From the NCBI GenBank assembly GCA_951406725.2, contig OX597838.1:20274001-20338000 (forward strand): DNA of 64,000 bases. The letters are read 5' to 3'. The DNA is from Octopus vulgaris (Eukaryota). How positions within the stretch are numbered: the first letter of the stretch is position 1; each line of letters starts with the position of its first letter. The notes below the pieces were generated by a model. The model was given only the letters and a program-made list of their open reading frames with translations, had not been told where the DNA came from and ran no database searches. This document shows positions 26,861-40,242 of this stretch, piece after piece. A program made the translations under genes and the position numbers.

Positions 26861-27062
26861 AAATGAGAGAAGAACGCAAAACATCCGGACAGCTAGGTGA
26901 TACAAAAAGGGACAACAAAACATCCAAATAGACGATACAAAGAAAACAAGGACGGGTCATTCGGAGTTTCCTTTCCTCCGTCAAGCACCAGATTATCCTC
27001 GCAATTTCTGCTGATTCATACATACATATATGTACATAGATGAGCATATATACACACATACA

Positions 27063-27125
<63 letters not shown>

Positions 27126-27327
27126 GTAGCTGTAATTAAATATAGACGTAGACATTGCGGAAATTACTGAGCGAAATTTCAGACTGTATCCCGAAATTAG
27201 TGGCTATATTTTATAATTTACGAAAGCGTGATGACATTGTGTTTTTTTTTTTTTTGCATGTGTGTGGTGGGGAGGATTAATTCGAATAAAGAGCCTGTAT
27301 CTCATGGCCTTCGTAGTTCTTCTAGAC

Positions 27328-27632
27328 CAGTGATTCTTAACCGGGGTCCATACGGCTCCTGAGTATCGATATTAGATTTTGGGGGATCCATGCAACAAAA
27401 TAGTAAACTTTAGATATATGTATTCGTATGTATTGCAAGAATCAGCTAGGTTTCTTTCTCTAATATTTTTACATAGTTCAACCTACAGAAGTTAAGGTAT
27501 GATAAACAAAATAGGAATTTTGAAAGAAGTATCTATAAAACTACTTTTTAAACATCGAATGCCTATGGGGGTCCACCAGAATGAAATATTAATCAAAGGG
27601 GTCCGTGAATAAAAAATGGTTGAGAAACCCGG
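27328..27632. mobile_element. hAT MITE
   Basis: CAGTGATTCTTAACC / GGTTGAGAAACCCGG ends; 8-bp TSD TTCTAGAC / TTCGAGAC. Confidence 0.8.
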
Positions 27633-29101
27633 TTCGAGACCGAAAAGATTGACGCTGTTACTGCTGCTTTTAAACAAGGCAACGGTTACACTGGAAACTA
27701 AATACAGCAAAGGAAATTCGACAGAGTCAACATTTTAAGAAGAAATAAATTGAATAAATTAGTGTAGTGATTGTGCGAGGCTTGAGAGTGCACACAATAT
27801 GGGTGACGGAAATAGTATAGACGACTGGGTCGGTATATCTGAATAGAAAACACTTGACCCGGGTGCCACGCAGTGGGACTGAAACCGGAACCATGTGGAC
27901 TTGCAACACTAGCAAAGCCTGCTGTACTGCCAACTCCCCTTGTCTATAAGTCAGCCGGTTTCAGTCTCCTTGAAACCAAACCTTTATAATAAGTGCAATA
28001 TAACAGTCAACGAAAGATCCCTACCCCCCAAAACATCAGCTATTTTTTTTTCTCACGCTGAAATCCTTTATTCCACTTTTTGAACTTGTTTTGCCACTTA
28101 ACTAGATAAGCAGACGGCCATCACTAATTTCTACTGTTTCACTTTGCCATAAACATTTTAGTTCACTTAACGCATTGTTTATTTTAAAATATAAGCGAAA
28201 ACAAATATCAAGTGATTCGGAAGACAGTCATTACAGACGAAATGCCGCTAGGCGGTTTGTCCGGCGTACTAGATTCTGCCAACTCACCGCCTGTACAAAT
28301 ATAATAATCCCTTCTACTATAGGCACAAGGCCTGAAATTTGAGGAAAGGGAACCGGTCGATTACATCGACCCCAGTACTTAAGTGGTACTTAATTTTTCG
28401 ACCCCGAAAGAATGAAAGGCAAAGCCGACCCCGGCGGCATTTGAGTCAGAACGTAGCTTATCTTTCATCTTTTACTTGTTTCGGTCATTAGCCTGTGGCC
28501 ATGCTGTGGCACCGCCTTGAAGAATTTTTGGTTGAATGAATTGCCCCCTGTGCTTATTTTCTTTTTAAAACCTGGTACTTATTCTATCGTTCGCTTTTGC
28601 TGAACCGCTAAGTTACGGGGACGTAAACACACCAAGACCGGTCGTCAAGTGGTGGTGGCAGACAAACACAGACACAAACAGAAATGTAGGTGCAGGAGTG
28701 GCTGTGTGGTAAGTAGTTTGTTTACAAACCACATGGTTCCGGGTTCATTCTCACTGCGTGGCACCTTCGGCAAGTGTCTTCTGCTATAGCCTCGGGCCGA
28801 CCAAAGCCTTGTGAGTGAATTTGGTAGATAGAAACTGAAAGAAGCCCGTTGTATGTGTGTATATATGCATGTATGTGTGTGTATATATTTGAGTGTTTGT
28901 GTTTTTCCTCCAACATCCCTTGACAACCGATCGCTGTGTGTTTACGTCCCCGTAAATTAGCGGTTCGACAAAAGAGACCGATAGAATAAGTACTAGGCTT
29001 CCGAAGAATAAGTCCTGGGGTCGATTTGCTCGACTAAAGGCGGTGCTCCAACATGGCCGCAGTCAAATGACTGAAACAAGTAAAAAAGTAAAAAAAAAGA
29101 A

Positions 29102-29139
<38 letters not shown>

Positions 29140-29714
29140 GTACGCACGCATGCACGCGTGCTCACTTATACGAGGGAGTGCTGAAAAGTTCCTGGTTTTG
29201 GGTAAAAGAAAATACCGGAGGAACGACATATTCCCGTCTTAGATTCACGCACTTATTGCAGCGGTTTTTCAGTTTTTCTAAGCCCTGTGAAAGAAATAGG
29301 AAGGTTGGGCCTCCAACCAACCAACCAACCAACCAGCCAGGCCTTTCGCGGGACCCTTAAAACCAGGAACTCTTCAGCACCCCCTCGGGATTCTTTCACC
29401 TACTTCCTACCAAATCCATTCACAAGGATTTTGTCGGCCCGAGATTATAAGTAGAAGATACTCGCCCAAAGTGGGTGACTGAACCCGGAACCATGTGGTT
29501 AAGAAGCAACTTCTTAACCACATAGTCACGCCTACACCTAGCTACTAAAAAGAAAACTAGAAACAGTATACTTTAACTTACGTCGGTAACTGTATCCAAG
29601 GTATGCGATTTAACTCGATAAGCGATGTATCACGAAAATAAACATTAAAAAAAATAGTATATACCTATTTTAATAAATGATTACCCTGCACGCGTGAGCG
29701 AAATCAGGGCATTG

Positions 29715-30241
29715 TACCGTAAATCATCGAGTATAGTCCGCCTTTGAGTATAAGACGCAGGGGATTTTTAGGAGATTGTACCTCTGAAAAACCTAAACCT
29801 TGTGTAGAATACGCACCCCTTCTCCTACTTGAGTCGTGTGTAATTAAGCCACCAGCACCTAGTCGAACAAACACTTCCGCGAATGCATAATACAATAATG
29901 ATGATGTTCTTAACTGTTATATGGGAATGTAAATATGTTTGCAAATTGTTTTTGTTACATGTTATTCTGTGTTCTGAATACTTTTATTTTAATAAATGTT
30001 GCTTACTGCAAGTTATGGATGATTCTTTTATGACTTCATTGCTTTCAGGCTTAGCTTAAAGTATTTTCGCGCCCGACATCACAAAATGCGTCTGAATAAA
30101 CATTGCCGGACAGCAAATAGAGACTCGGACATTGCTTAGAAAATATTTTTTCATTTTTAACCTCGTATATAGTACGCACTTGGGGTTTTGACCTTTAAAG
30201 TTTGGGGAAAAAATGCGGATTATACTCGAAGATTTACGGTA
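29715..30241 (+). mobile_element. Tc1/mariner-pogo-like MITE, full length
   Basis: TA-CCGTAAATCATCGAGTATAGTCCGC ... GCGGATTATACTCGAAGATTTACGG-TA; TA TSD. Confidence 0.85.
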
Positions 30242-30620
30242 ATCACTCGTCTTAGTCTGTCTGTGTGTTTGCAAAAATACTGGAAAACGGCTGAACGGAT
30301 TTTCACCAAATTTGGTAGAAATACTCATTGGGTGAATGGTTCGAAACAACGAAAATTTGGTTTGATTATCTTCAAATATACATAAATACATACATAGATA
30401 TGCGACTGAGTGTGTGTACAGTGATGGATTCGAGGGTTTTGTTTATTTACGAGTTGATTTCTTAATTTCACCGTTCTTAGGCTTCTAATCTTCTTTCAGT
30501 GAAACACTTACAAAGCTTAATTCAGTTCATGGGTAAGCAACGCATTGTAAGCCACTCTATAATTTGCGAAAAAATTTATCTGCGCCCCGCCGATGGCTTT
30601 CTTTTTCACTTGTATATATT

Positions 30621-30920
30621 TGGAGACACATGGCCTAGTGGTTAGAGCAGCGGACTCGCGGTCGAGGGATCGCGGGTTCGAATCTCAAACCCGGCGATGT
30701 GTGTATTTATGAGTGAAACACCTAAGCTCCACGCGGCTCTGACAGAAGGTAATGGCGAACTTCTGCTCTTTCGCGACAACTTTCTCTCACTCTTTCCTCC
30801 TGCATCTTGCAGCTCACTTGCGACGGACCGGCGCCCCGTCCAGGTGGGGAACCTATACGCCAAGGAAACCGGGAAACCGGCCTTTATGAGCTAGGCATGG
30901 CTCGAGAAGGAACAAACATG
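30621..30920 (+). mobile_element. tRNA-derived SINE: family-3 head with V-domain-like tail
   Basis: Head TGGCCTAGTGGTTAGAGCAGCGGACTCGCGGTCGAGGGATCGCGGGTTCGAATC; tail TGCGACGGACCGGCGCCCCGTCCAGG...GAAACCGGGAAACCGGCC. Confidence 0.75.
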
Positions 30921-31600
30921 TATTTTATTTAATTTTACAGTTGTGTTTATTTTCAGTTTTTCTTTTTAATCTTTAAATATGATCGCTGAAATCAACGTTC
31001 CGTTTATTTCTTAAAAGAACGACGTAAAGTCGAAAAAGACGTAACTCGAAACGATGTCAGATAGGTGTGCCTATAATTTATTCTATGTTATGGCTTTAAC
31101 GAGCCGAATAAATATATTTTCGAATGAATATTACCTAGCCCCTTTCAATATTATTAATTTTCATTACCCTACTTTAGCTTCCTATTTCAAACATGACATA
31201 CGAACTTACACAAATATCGTCTGTTTAATGTAAACTGACTTAAGTCGCAGCCGAGTATTACCACACGCAACACACCGCGTCTACTCTATGCACATCCGTT
31301 TCTCAGACTAATTGTAAATAGAGTAAAATAAAATAAAATAAACAGAAAATAAACAGAAAATAAAAACAGAAGAAATAAGTGCGTTAAATCTTGTGATGTT
31401 TTTTTTAGGTGAGAAACTGGGACTATTTGTGGGAAAGTCGGCGGATTAAATATAGAAACAACAAAAAAGAGGAAGGGGGGAGATTGTAAAAAATAAAGAC
31501 TAAAAGAAACTAATAAATGAAAAAAAAAAGGTCGTTCGTTTACCAACAAAAGACTGGAATCTGAAACACATATGTATATAATACACACGCATACACACAC

Positions 31601-31643
<43 letters not shown>

Positions 31644-31958
31644 ACTTTATATATAAAACTATATATATAAATATATATAAAAAATATATATAACTATATA
31701 TATATATAATGTGGAGTAGATGAAACAGGGGCGACTGAAGAAGGGGAATATTCTTTATGTTGTGTGTTTTGTTTCTGTTTTTTTCGTTGTCCCCCCACCC
31801 AAAAGTTCGTTTCCATGTTTTTGTTTTTGTTTTCGTTTCTCATTGTGTTCAACGTTTTTTTTTATGTCCTGTACCCATATATGCATGTATATATACATAT
31901 ACATGTAGGTATGTACATATATGTATGTATATATGCATATATTTATATTATATTATAT

Positions 31959-32012
<54 letters not shown>

Positions 32013-33358
32013 ACTAAGGCTAAATGCCTTTTTGCTTGCTGAGTGCCGTCACGCTTTAGGAATGTTAGAATCAGCGAAGTTGCAGGCAAAAGGCGAGGAC
32101 AGAGAGAGAGAATTAAAGCATTTCTTTGTTTATACTCTGTGTGTATTTGCCCTAGTTTTTTTTCCTACTTCAACTGCAGGCTCTATATTTTATCGTTCAT
32201 GCATGCTGTTGCCACCATGATGTTGTTGCAAGCTGATTCGAAGTTGCTCCGTCCGACATTGGAAGCCTATCGCCGTAAAACGGATCTCGAACGTTCAGAA
32301 CTTCAACTGAGAATATTAGTAGCCTGCTTACCCAACGCTCTAACAATTCTGCGAATCGTTTCGTCTCAGACGGCTTCATTATTCACGTTAGTTCAAGAAC
32401 AGCGGATGAAGGAGGTGCAGAATCAAAATTTGCACTCTTCTATTTTTCAGAAAAAGGCATTATTTTGTATTTTCGCATATATTTTATTTAATATTACAGT
32501 TGTGTTGTGTTTGTTTTCAGTTTAAAAAAAAATCATCTTTAAATAAAATATGATCGCTGAAATCAACGTTCCGTTTTTTTCTTTTTTTTTCACTCTAGTT
32601 TCAGCTCAGAGCTGTGGCCATGCTGAGGCACAGCCGTTTTGCTACACTGTTATTACTAAGAGCATCCTCTAATATGTGACGCTTGGTGAAGAATGCAGTT
32701 TGATATATCTACCCTCATTTGCACCTCTTGCCGTGAGGTAGGTTCATCTGGGACTCTCGACAGGAAGACTCTACCAGCTCACCGCCTGTACAAATATAAT
32801 AATTCCCCTCTACTATAGGCACAAGACCTGAAATTTGGGGGAAGGGAACCGGTCGATTACATCGACCCCAGTATTCAATTGGTACTTAATTGGTTAAGTA
32901 TTCAATTGGTTAGTCGTAGAGTTCCAGTTACTTGTGGCTGACGGGACACAAACATACCGAAATACCGGTGTCACAGAATGCTGTGCATCAATGAGACGAG
33001 TATGTTGAACACACTGTTGTCGTAAAAGGGAAGAATTATTCTCCTAAGACATACACGACAGCAACTAGCATACTTTGCGTCTCAACCTATTCAGACGTGT
33101 TAAGAATACATGTGCAAATATTCATTGTATAGATACACTCAGATCGATCGATCGATCCATCCATCCAGCCAGCCAGCCAGCCAGCCATACCCACACACAC
33201 ATACATACATACATACATACATACATACATACATACATACATACATACATACATACGTACGTACGTACGTACATACATACATACATACATACATGCATAC
33301 ATAAATGTGTGTATATATATATTGTCTTCCTGTATCTGCTGGTACTTCAGAGTGCATG

Positions 33359-33409
<51 letters not shown>

Positions 33410-33459
33410 TTATATACTAGTGCGAACACGCTGTCTTTAAGATAGCATGTTTTACATTG

Positions 33460-33509
<50 letters not shown>

Positions 33510-33512
33510 ATA

Positions 33513-33555
<43 letters not shown>

Positions 33556-33559
33556 AGAT

Positions 33560-33960
33560 AATGATATAAATAAGCAAAGAAACGCGCTTGGGCTTCATAT
33601 ATAACATATATGCATACATATATACAGGTAAATATATGTATAGGGCTATATATAGAAAGAGAAACAAAAGCTGACCTTTTATATATAAGTACATAGATAT
33701 TTATATATTTGCTGAACAGATTTACATGAAGTACAAAAGATACGGGAAACTAAGTGAAGAGGGTGTAGTATTTCAGGTCCGACAGCTATTTCTGTAGACA
33801 CAGAATTATGTAATAGTCGTAATGTTGGCAAATAGAGTGTGCAAAGAGTCATAGATAAGCAACCAGAAGTGGATGCATATAAACATTACCGTAACCCCGG
33901 CCTCCTTCTTCAGGGTGGGGAGATAGCCGTATTTCCCCTCTGAAGGCGCACGAACACATG
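33560..33960 (-). mobile_element. Probable Penelope-like terminal fragment with long-stem-II hammerhead-like motif
   Basis: CUGAAGA at 33913-33907 and GAAA-UAGCUG-UC-GG at 33792-33779 on the minus strand. Confidence 0.45.
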
Positions 33961-34218
33961 CACTAACACGCTATCATAAATACACCGGGGTGTTGTAAGA
34001 AAGAATTCACTTCAAACAAACTGTTTTTTTTTCTTTTTTGCTCATTAGGCGCAGGAGTGGCTGTGTGGTAAGTAGCTTGCTAATCAACCACATGGTTCCG
34101 GGTTCAGTTCCACTGCGTGGCACCTTGGGCAAGTGTCTTCTACTATAGCCTCGGGCCGACCAAAGCCTTGTGAGTGGATTTGGTAGACGGAAACTGAAAG
34201 AAGCCCGTCGTATATATG

Positions 34219-34272
<54 letters not shown>

Positions 34273-35774
34273 CGTGCGTGTATGTTTGTGTGTCTGTGTT
34301 TGTCCCCCTAGCATTGCTTGACAACCGATGCTGGTGTGTTTATGTCCCCGTCATTTAGTGGTTCGGCAAAAGAGACCGATAAAATAAGTACTGGGCTTAC
34401 AAAGAATAAGTCCCGGGGTCGAGTTGCTCGACTAAAGGCGGTGCTCCAGCATGGCCGCAGTCAACTGACTGAAACAAGTAAAAGAGTAAAAGAGTATTAC
34501 ATCATTTCGATCGTATTTCAGAATGTCATTCGTTATTTTCCTAACTGAGTCAAATGGTGGCTGCCAGGAAATGCGCAGATAATTGTTGACAATTTTTCAG
34601 ACCTTTTATATTAGCTCAAATACAATCACTTGGATTATTTATACAGAGGAAGGCAGTGAGCTGACGGAATTGTTAGCACGCCGGGTGAAATGCTTAGCGA
34701 TATTTCGTCTGCCGTTACGTTCTGAGTTCAAATTCCGCCGAGGTCGACTTTGCCTTTCATCCTTTCGGGGTTGATAAATTAAGTACCAGTTCCGCACTGG
34801 GGTCGATGTAATCGACTTAATACCTATGTCTGTCCTTGATTGTCCCCTCTAAGTTTAGCCCCTTGTGGGTAATAAAGAAATAGATATTTCGTCTGCCGTT
34901 ACGCTCTGAGTTCAATTTCCGCCGAGGTCGACTTTGCCTTTCATCCTTTCGGGGTCGATTAAATAAGTACCAGTTACGCACTGGGGTCAATATAATCGAC
35001 TTAGTCCGTTTGTCTGTCCTTGTTTGTCCCCTCTGTGTTTAGCCCCTTGTGGGTAATAAAGAAATAGATATTTCGTCTCCCGTTACGTTCTGAGTTCAAA
35101 TTCCACCGAGGTCGACTTTGCCTTTCATCCTTTCGGGGTCGATTAAATAAGTACCAGTCACGCACTGGGCTCAATATAATCGACTCGGTCCGTTTGTCTG
35201 TCCTTGTTTGTCCCCTCTGTGTTTAGCCCCTTGTGGGTAGTAAAGAAATAGGTATTACGTCCTTCTTTACATTCTAAGTTAAAATTCCGCCGAGGTAGAC
35301 CTCGTCTGTTATACGTTCAGAATAATAAAATAAATGGTAGCTGAGCACTGATGTTAATGTAATCATCTTATAGCCTGTTCTGGAATTGCTGGCCTTATGC
35401 CAAAATACGAAATCATTATTTCTACAATAGATTTTAAAAAAATTAATAACAATGAAAAAATACTGTGCGGTATTAAAAAATAAAAATTATTTGTTTGTAA
35501 GCTTAAAATAGGCTTTTATTAACCATGTATTATTGAAAATGCATTCATAGAGTACAGAATGGTTATTATCAGATTAGCCTAGAAACAAGTAAATTTGGCC
35601 TAGTTTAGGCTAGAGAAAGTTAATTTGACTTTAGTCGTTTTTCGACTTAAGTCGTATCTCCTGGAACCAATTAACGACGTAGGGTGAGGTATGCCTATAT
35701 ATATGTAAAAATAAAATGAGACAACAAAACCAAGGAAGTGTAAAATTTCTGGGACATTTATAAAGAGAAAGGTA

Positions 35775-35822
35775 GTCTTACAGCTGTTTCGGGGATATGA
35801 GGGATATCCCTTCACCAGAGAC
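35775..35822 (-). ncRNA. Minimal type I hammerhead-ribozyme-like motif (A6G variant)
   Basis: GUCU-CUGGUGA-AGGGAUAU-CCCUC-AUAUCCCC-GAAA-CAGCUG-UA-AGAC: 4-bp stem I, 7-bp stem II, palindromic ACAGCUGU stem III, GUA triplet. Confidence 0.75.
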
Positions 35823-35925
35823 GATATGGGAGAGTTACATAGATGGAAACAGAGTTCAATATTAGAAGTTATTTTGGGAAGGGAGAAATACAGGAAGCAT
35901 AAAGGGAAATATGAGAATAAAAATG

Positions 35926-35986
<61 letters not shown>

Positions 35987-36009
35987 AGAGAGAGAGAGAG
36001 AGAGATGAT

Positions 36010-36160
36010 CGTGGGTAAGGCCAGACTAATTCGTTAATTTCCTGAGGATGTGGTCATAACCCCGAAATATTGAATGTAAGGCAAGTCTACATTAGTTCAT
36101 ATATTTGTTTCCTTGTGATTTGCCTTGCATTTACTTCGCATTGTTCTGGCCTTACCCACG
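36010..36160 (+). mobile_element. Short inverted-repeat-bounded fragment containing a hammerhead-like core
   Basis: 16-bp perfect inverted repeat CGTGGGTAAGGCCAGA / TCTGGCCTTACCCACG; CUGAGGA-U-GUGGU-CAUA-ACCCC-GAAA-UAUUGAAUG-UA at 36042-36078. Confidence 0.6.
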
Positions 36161-36211
36161 GTCCTTTATACAGTACATTCTACACAATGCTTCACAGTAA
36201 CTATATCCATT

Positions 36212-36244
<33 letters not shown>

Positions 36245-36370
36245 CACACACACACACACACCTTGTGCCTATGAAGGACTGCATTAATCCAATGCGACTG
36301 TCACAGTTTTTTTGAGCAACATAGTGCATAATGGTTTTTCTGCTAGGTTTTGATTGATTTTGTTGTAAAG

Positions 36371-36434
<64 letters not shown>

Positions 36435-36617
36435 AAACCGACTTGTAAGCTATCATACAAAAGTGTGTTGCTAAACGTGAGACAGCCAAGATTTAAGTTA
36501 TGGGTGTGGACACAGGAAAACGTCTTGTTAAATAAAAAAAACAGCTTCTGTTTACAAAACTTTCTTTCACCGACTTGGTCAAGGAGAATATTTTGTAGGT
36601 CAAGCCGAGTGGTTTAT

Positions 36618-36724
36618 TTATGTATGTATGTATGTATGTATGTGTGTATGTATGTATGTATGTGTGTATGTGTGTATGTATGTATGTATGTATGTGTGTA
36701 TGTATGTATGTATGTGTGTATGTA

Positions 36725-36755
<31 letters not shown>

Positions 36756-37317
36756 ATGTATGTATGTATGTATGTATGTATGTATATGTATGTATGTGTG
36801 TATGTATGTATGTATGTATGTATGTATGTGTGTATGTATGTGTGTATGCATGTATGTATGTATGTGTGTATGCATGTATGTATGTATGTGTGTATGTATG
36901 TATGTATGTATGTATGTATGTATGTATGTATGTATGTATGTATGTATGTGTGTATGTATGCATGCATGTATGTATGTATGTGTGTATGTATGTATGTATG
37001 TATGTATGTATGTGTGTATGATGTATGTATGTATGTATGTGTGTGTGTATGTATGTATGTATGTATGTATGTATGTATGCACGCATGTATGTATGTGTGT
37101 GTGTATGTATGTATGTATGTATGTATGTATGTATGTATGTACGTATGTATGTATGTATGTATGTATGTATGTGTGTATGTATGTATGTATGTATGTACGT
37201 ATGTATGTGTGTGTGTGCATGTATGTATGTATGTGTGTATGTATGTATGTATATGTATGTATGTGTGTATGTATGTATGTATGTATGTATGTATGTATGT
37301 ATGTATGTATGTATGTA

Positions 37318-37348
<31 letters not shown>

Positions 37349-37470
37349 ATGTATGTATGTATGCACGCATGTATGTATGTATGTGTGTATGTATGTATGT
37401 ACGTATGTATGTATGTATGTATGTGTGTATGTATGTATGTATGTGTGTATGTATGTATGTATGTATGTGT
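36618..37470. repeat. ~850-bp compound (TATG)n/(TG)n microsatellite
   Basis: Direct inspection; it accounts for the long MYVC/HTYI ORFs. Confidence 0.98.
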
Positions 37471-37559
37471 AAACTAACTGACCAAATAAACAAGTATTTC
37501 TATTTCTAATCCAGCTATGTCAATTAATCCTGTTAATGCTGCTATTTTTAGCATCGCCA

Positions 37560-37770
37560 ACCATCACCACCACCACCACCGCCAGCACAACTGCCATCAC
37601 TGCAACAGCAACAAGTGCAACAGAACTATTTCTAACACCACCACTACCACCACAACAACAACAACAACAACAACAACAACGACAACTAAAATTACGACTA
37701 CAACATGCTTCATCATCATCATCATCATCATCATTATTAACCACCACCACAACAAACATAACTGCTGCTG

Positions 37771-37818
<48 letters not shown>

Positions 37819-37955
37819 ACACCACTACTACTTGCATCGTATTCATCATCATCATCATCATCAACAACAATTAAAATTACTACAACATGCTTCATCATCA
37901 TCATCATCATCATCCTCATCAACCACCACCACAACAAACATAACTGCTGCTGCTG

Positions 37956-37997
<42 letters not shown>

Positions 37998-38190
37998 GCA
38001 CTGTATTCATCATCATCAACAACAATTAAAATTACTACAACGTGCTTCATCATCATCATCATCATCATCATCAACAACAACCACCACCATAACAAACATT
38101 TATACTACTACTACTATTACTACTACTACTATTGATACTACTTGCACCGTATTAATGATGAACCACAACCACAACCACAACCACAACACA
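37560..38190 (+). repeat. Tandemly triplicated cassette of mixed trinucleotide repeats
   Basis: Linkers aattac(t)acaacatgctt, acaaacataactgctgc and cttgca.(c/t)gtatt recur three times between (CAT)n, (CAC)n and (CTA)n tracts. Confidence 0.85.
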
Positions 38191-38325
38191 CACAAACAAA
38201 ACCAATTCCTCATTAAGTTTCTATTTTTAGCGCCAATTCTCAGGAAAGGTTTTATTCGCACAGCAAATCAATGGCTTTATGTTGTTGTTTTTGTGCGAGT
38301 GCATATGTATCTACCTGAGTGCCTG

Positions 38326-38361
<36 letters not shown>

Positions 38362-38546
38362 TAAATATTACATAATATGAATATACAGGTGCAGACGTGG
38401 CTGTTTAGTAAGAAGCTACCTTCCCAACCACAAGATTCCTGGTTCAGTCCCACTGCGTGGCACCTTGAGCAAGTGTCTTCCGCTGTAGCCTCGGGCCAAC
38501 CAAAGCCTTGTGAATAGATTTGATAGAGGGAACTGAAAAAAGTCCG

Positions 38547-38623
<77 letters not shown>

Positions 38624-38961
38624 ATAACAATTTAATAAATAAAACATATGCATACATACATACATATATGTACATACCTACATCTATATGTATATATACA
38701 TGCATATATGAGTACAGGACACCACAAATAAACGTAGAACACAACGAGAAACGAAAACATAAAACCAAACAAAGAAACGGACTTTTTTTTAACAACGAAA
38801 AAACAGAGTACAAGACAAACAACACAAGGAACATTCCCCTTCTTCAGCTGCCCCTGTTTCGACCCAATGCGTGTTTCGAAGGTAAGGGCAGAACACGACC
38901 ACGCCGAAGCAATCCTTCTCGCAAAATGAATTAAATAAAATTTAGTATATATATATATATA

Positions 38962-40203
38962 CTAGCAAATGCACCCGTCCTTTGGACGGTTTAAGTTGCT
39001 TTCGTGGTATTTTTTTCACCAAATAATTGAACTACCGAGAAGGTTTATGTGTAGCATGGTAATCTGTTTCCGATTAACCTAGGAACGGAAAATCAAATTG
39101 AAGGCTTGTTATTGTGGAGGTCGTTGCACTTTGATTATCATAGAATATATAAGTTTGCAAGCGATGTAAAGTAGAGCTACTGAAGTGTTTTGGGAGTAGA
39201 TTACGGATAATGACTACAAAATATAGTTGTTTACATGAAAGCGAAATTTCTTGTCAGAAACAGCCACATAAATGGTGTAAGGAAATTGAAGGAAGATGTT
39301 GAAACTTCCCCTCTGCGAGTTTATTTTTTTCAACAGCAAAGAGAGCTATTTTTTTGTTGTTGTTTGAGAGAGAAAAGCTAACAAAAGCCCCTTTATTTTA
39401 TCTTCCTACATAGCGTGCACATAAACTAACAGCGAATGCTGCATAAAGTTAAATTGGTATGTAGCTTCCTGAAAGATACGTATAGCTTTCGCTAGTGGAA
39501 GCAAAACTTTTATTTAAAGGTTGATTCTATGGGATGAATCATATGTGAGTGCTTAAAAAAGGCTAGAATGACAATGCTAAAACCTATTTGAAACAACGGA
39601 CAGCAGCCGAAATATCATAATGGCTGGGTAAAGAAGCATCCTTAAAGTAAAACAACGGTATCAAAGGTAAAAAAGAAGGTATCAACAATCAGAAGAGAGA
39701 GAAGGAAACATCACCTTTCAAGTAACTCAGAATAGGTAAAGGTAAGCTTGCCAGAGTTTAATGCAGTTTCAATATGCAGATTAAGATAGTTTGGTATTGG
39801 ATATTCCTCACGTATATTTTTCCTAGTCAACTGAATGACCGTCGTAAGTGGACAGCAGAAATAAATAGACGAAATCCTTTCACTTTTATGAAAAGATTAA
39901 AAAGAAAATGAGGGCAAAAAGCACACGTTTTTTCACAATGTTATCACCCTCTTGTACTGTCTCATATCCCTCCCCACCACTACACACTCAATAACACTAT
40001 AAAAATGGTCAAATTTTTCCACAAGAACTTAGTTCAATTTGAAAACTCCACTAGAATGGACGAAAGCGCTATTATATGACATATGATATATGATGTATAA
40101 AAACATGTAATATACAAATAAATATCTATAAATATAAAACCATCCGAATTTCTGAGTACCTCATTTCTTCTAATATAAAATACCTGTACATCATCTCCAA
40201 ACC

Positions 40204-40230
<27 letters not shown>
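38962..40230 (-). mobile_element. Non-autonomous Helitron, ~1.25 kb
   Basis: 3' CTAG (38962-38965) with hairpin CCGTCC-TTT-GGACGG about 10 bp inside; inserted in (TA)n; the 5' end merges with (TA)n near 40210-40230 and the TC terminus is not clear. Confidence 0.65.

Positions 40231-40242
<12 letters not shown>

Noticed and set aside
34455-34485. Family-1 SINE tail CAGUCA-(2 nt)-UGACUG-AAACAAGUA resembling the 3' half of a hammerhead
   Set aside because: No CUGANGA-like sequence upstream in any copy; more likely a LINE-recognition stem-loop.
36465-37509. Longest ORFs (up to 335 aa, MYVC/HTYI repeats) and similar short ORFs throughout
   Set aside because: Translations of stop-free microsatellites or SINE interiors; no protein signal.
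38820-38890. CUGAAGA and GAAAC motifs in the repeat family at 38640-38945 and 31710-31950
   Set aside because: Order and spacing do not allow a hammerhead fold in these truncated copies.
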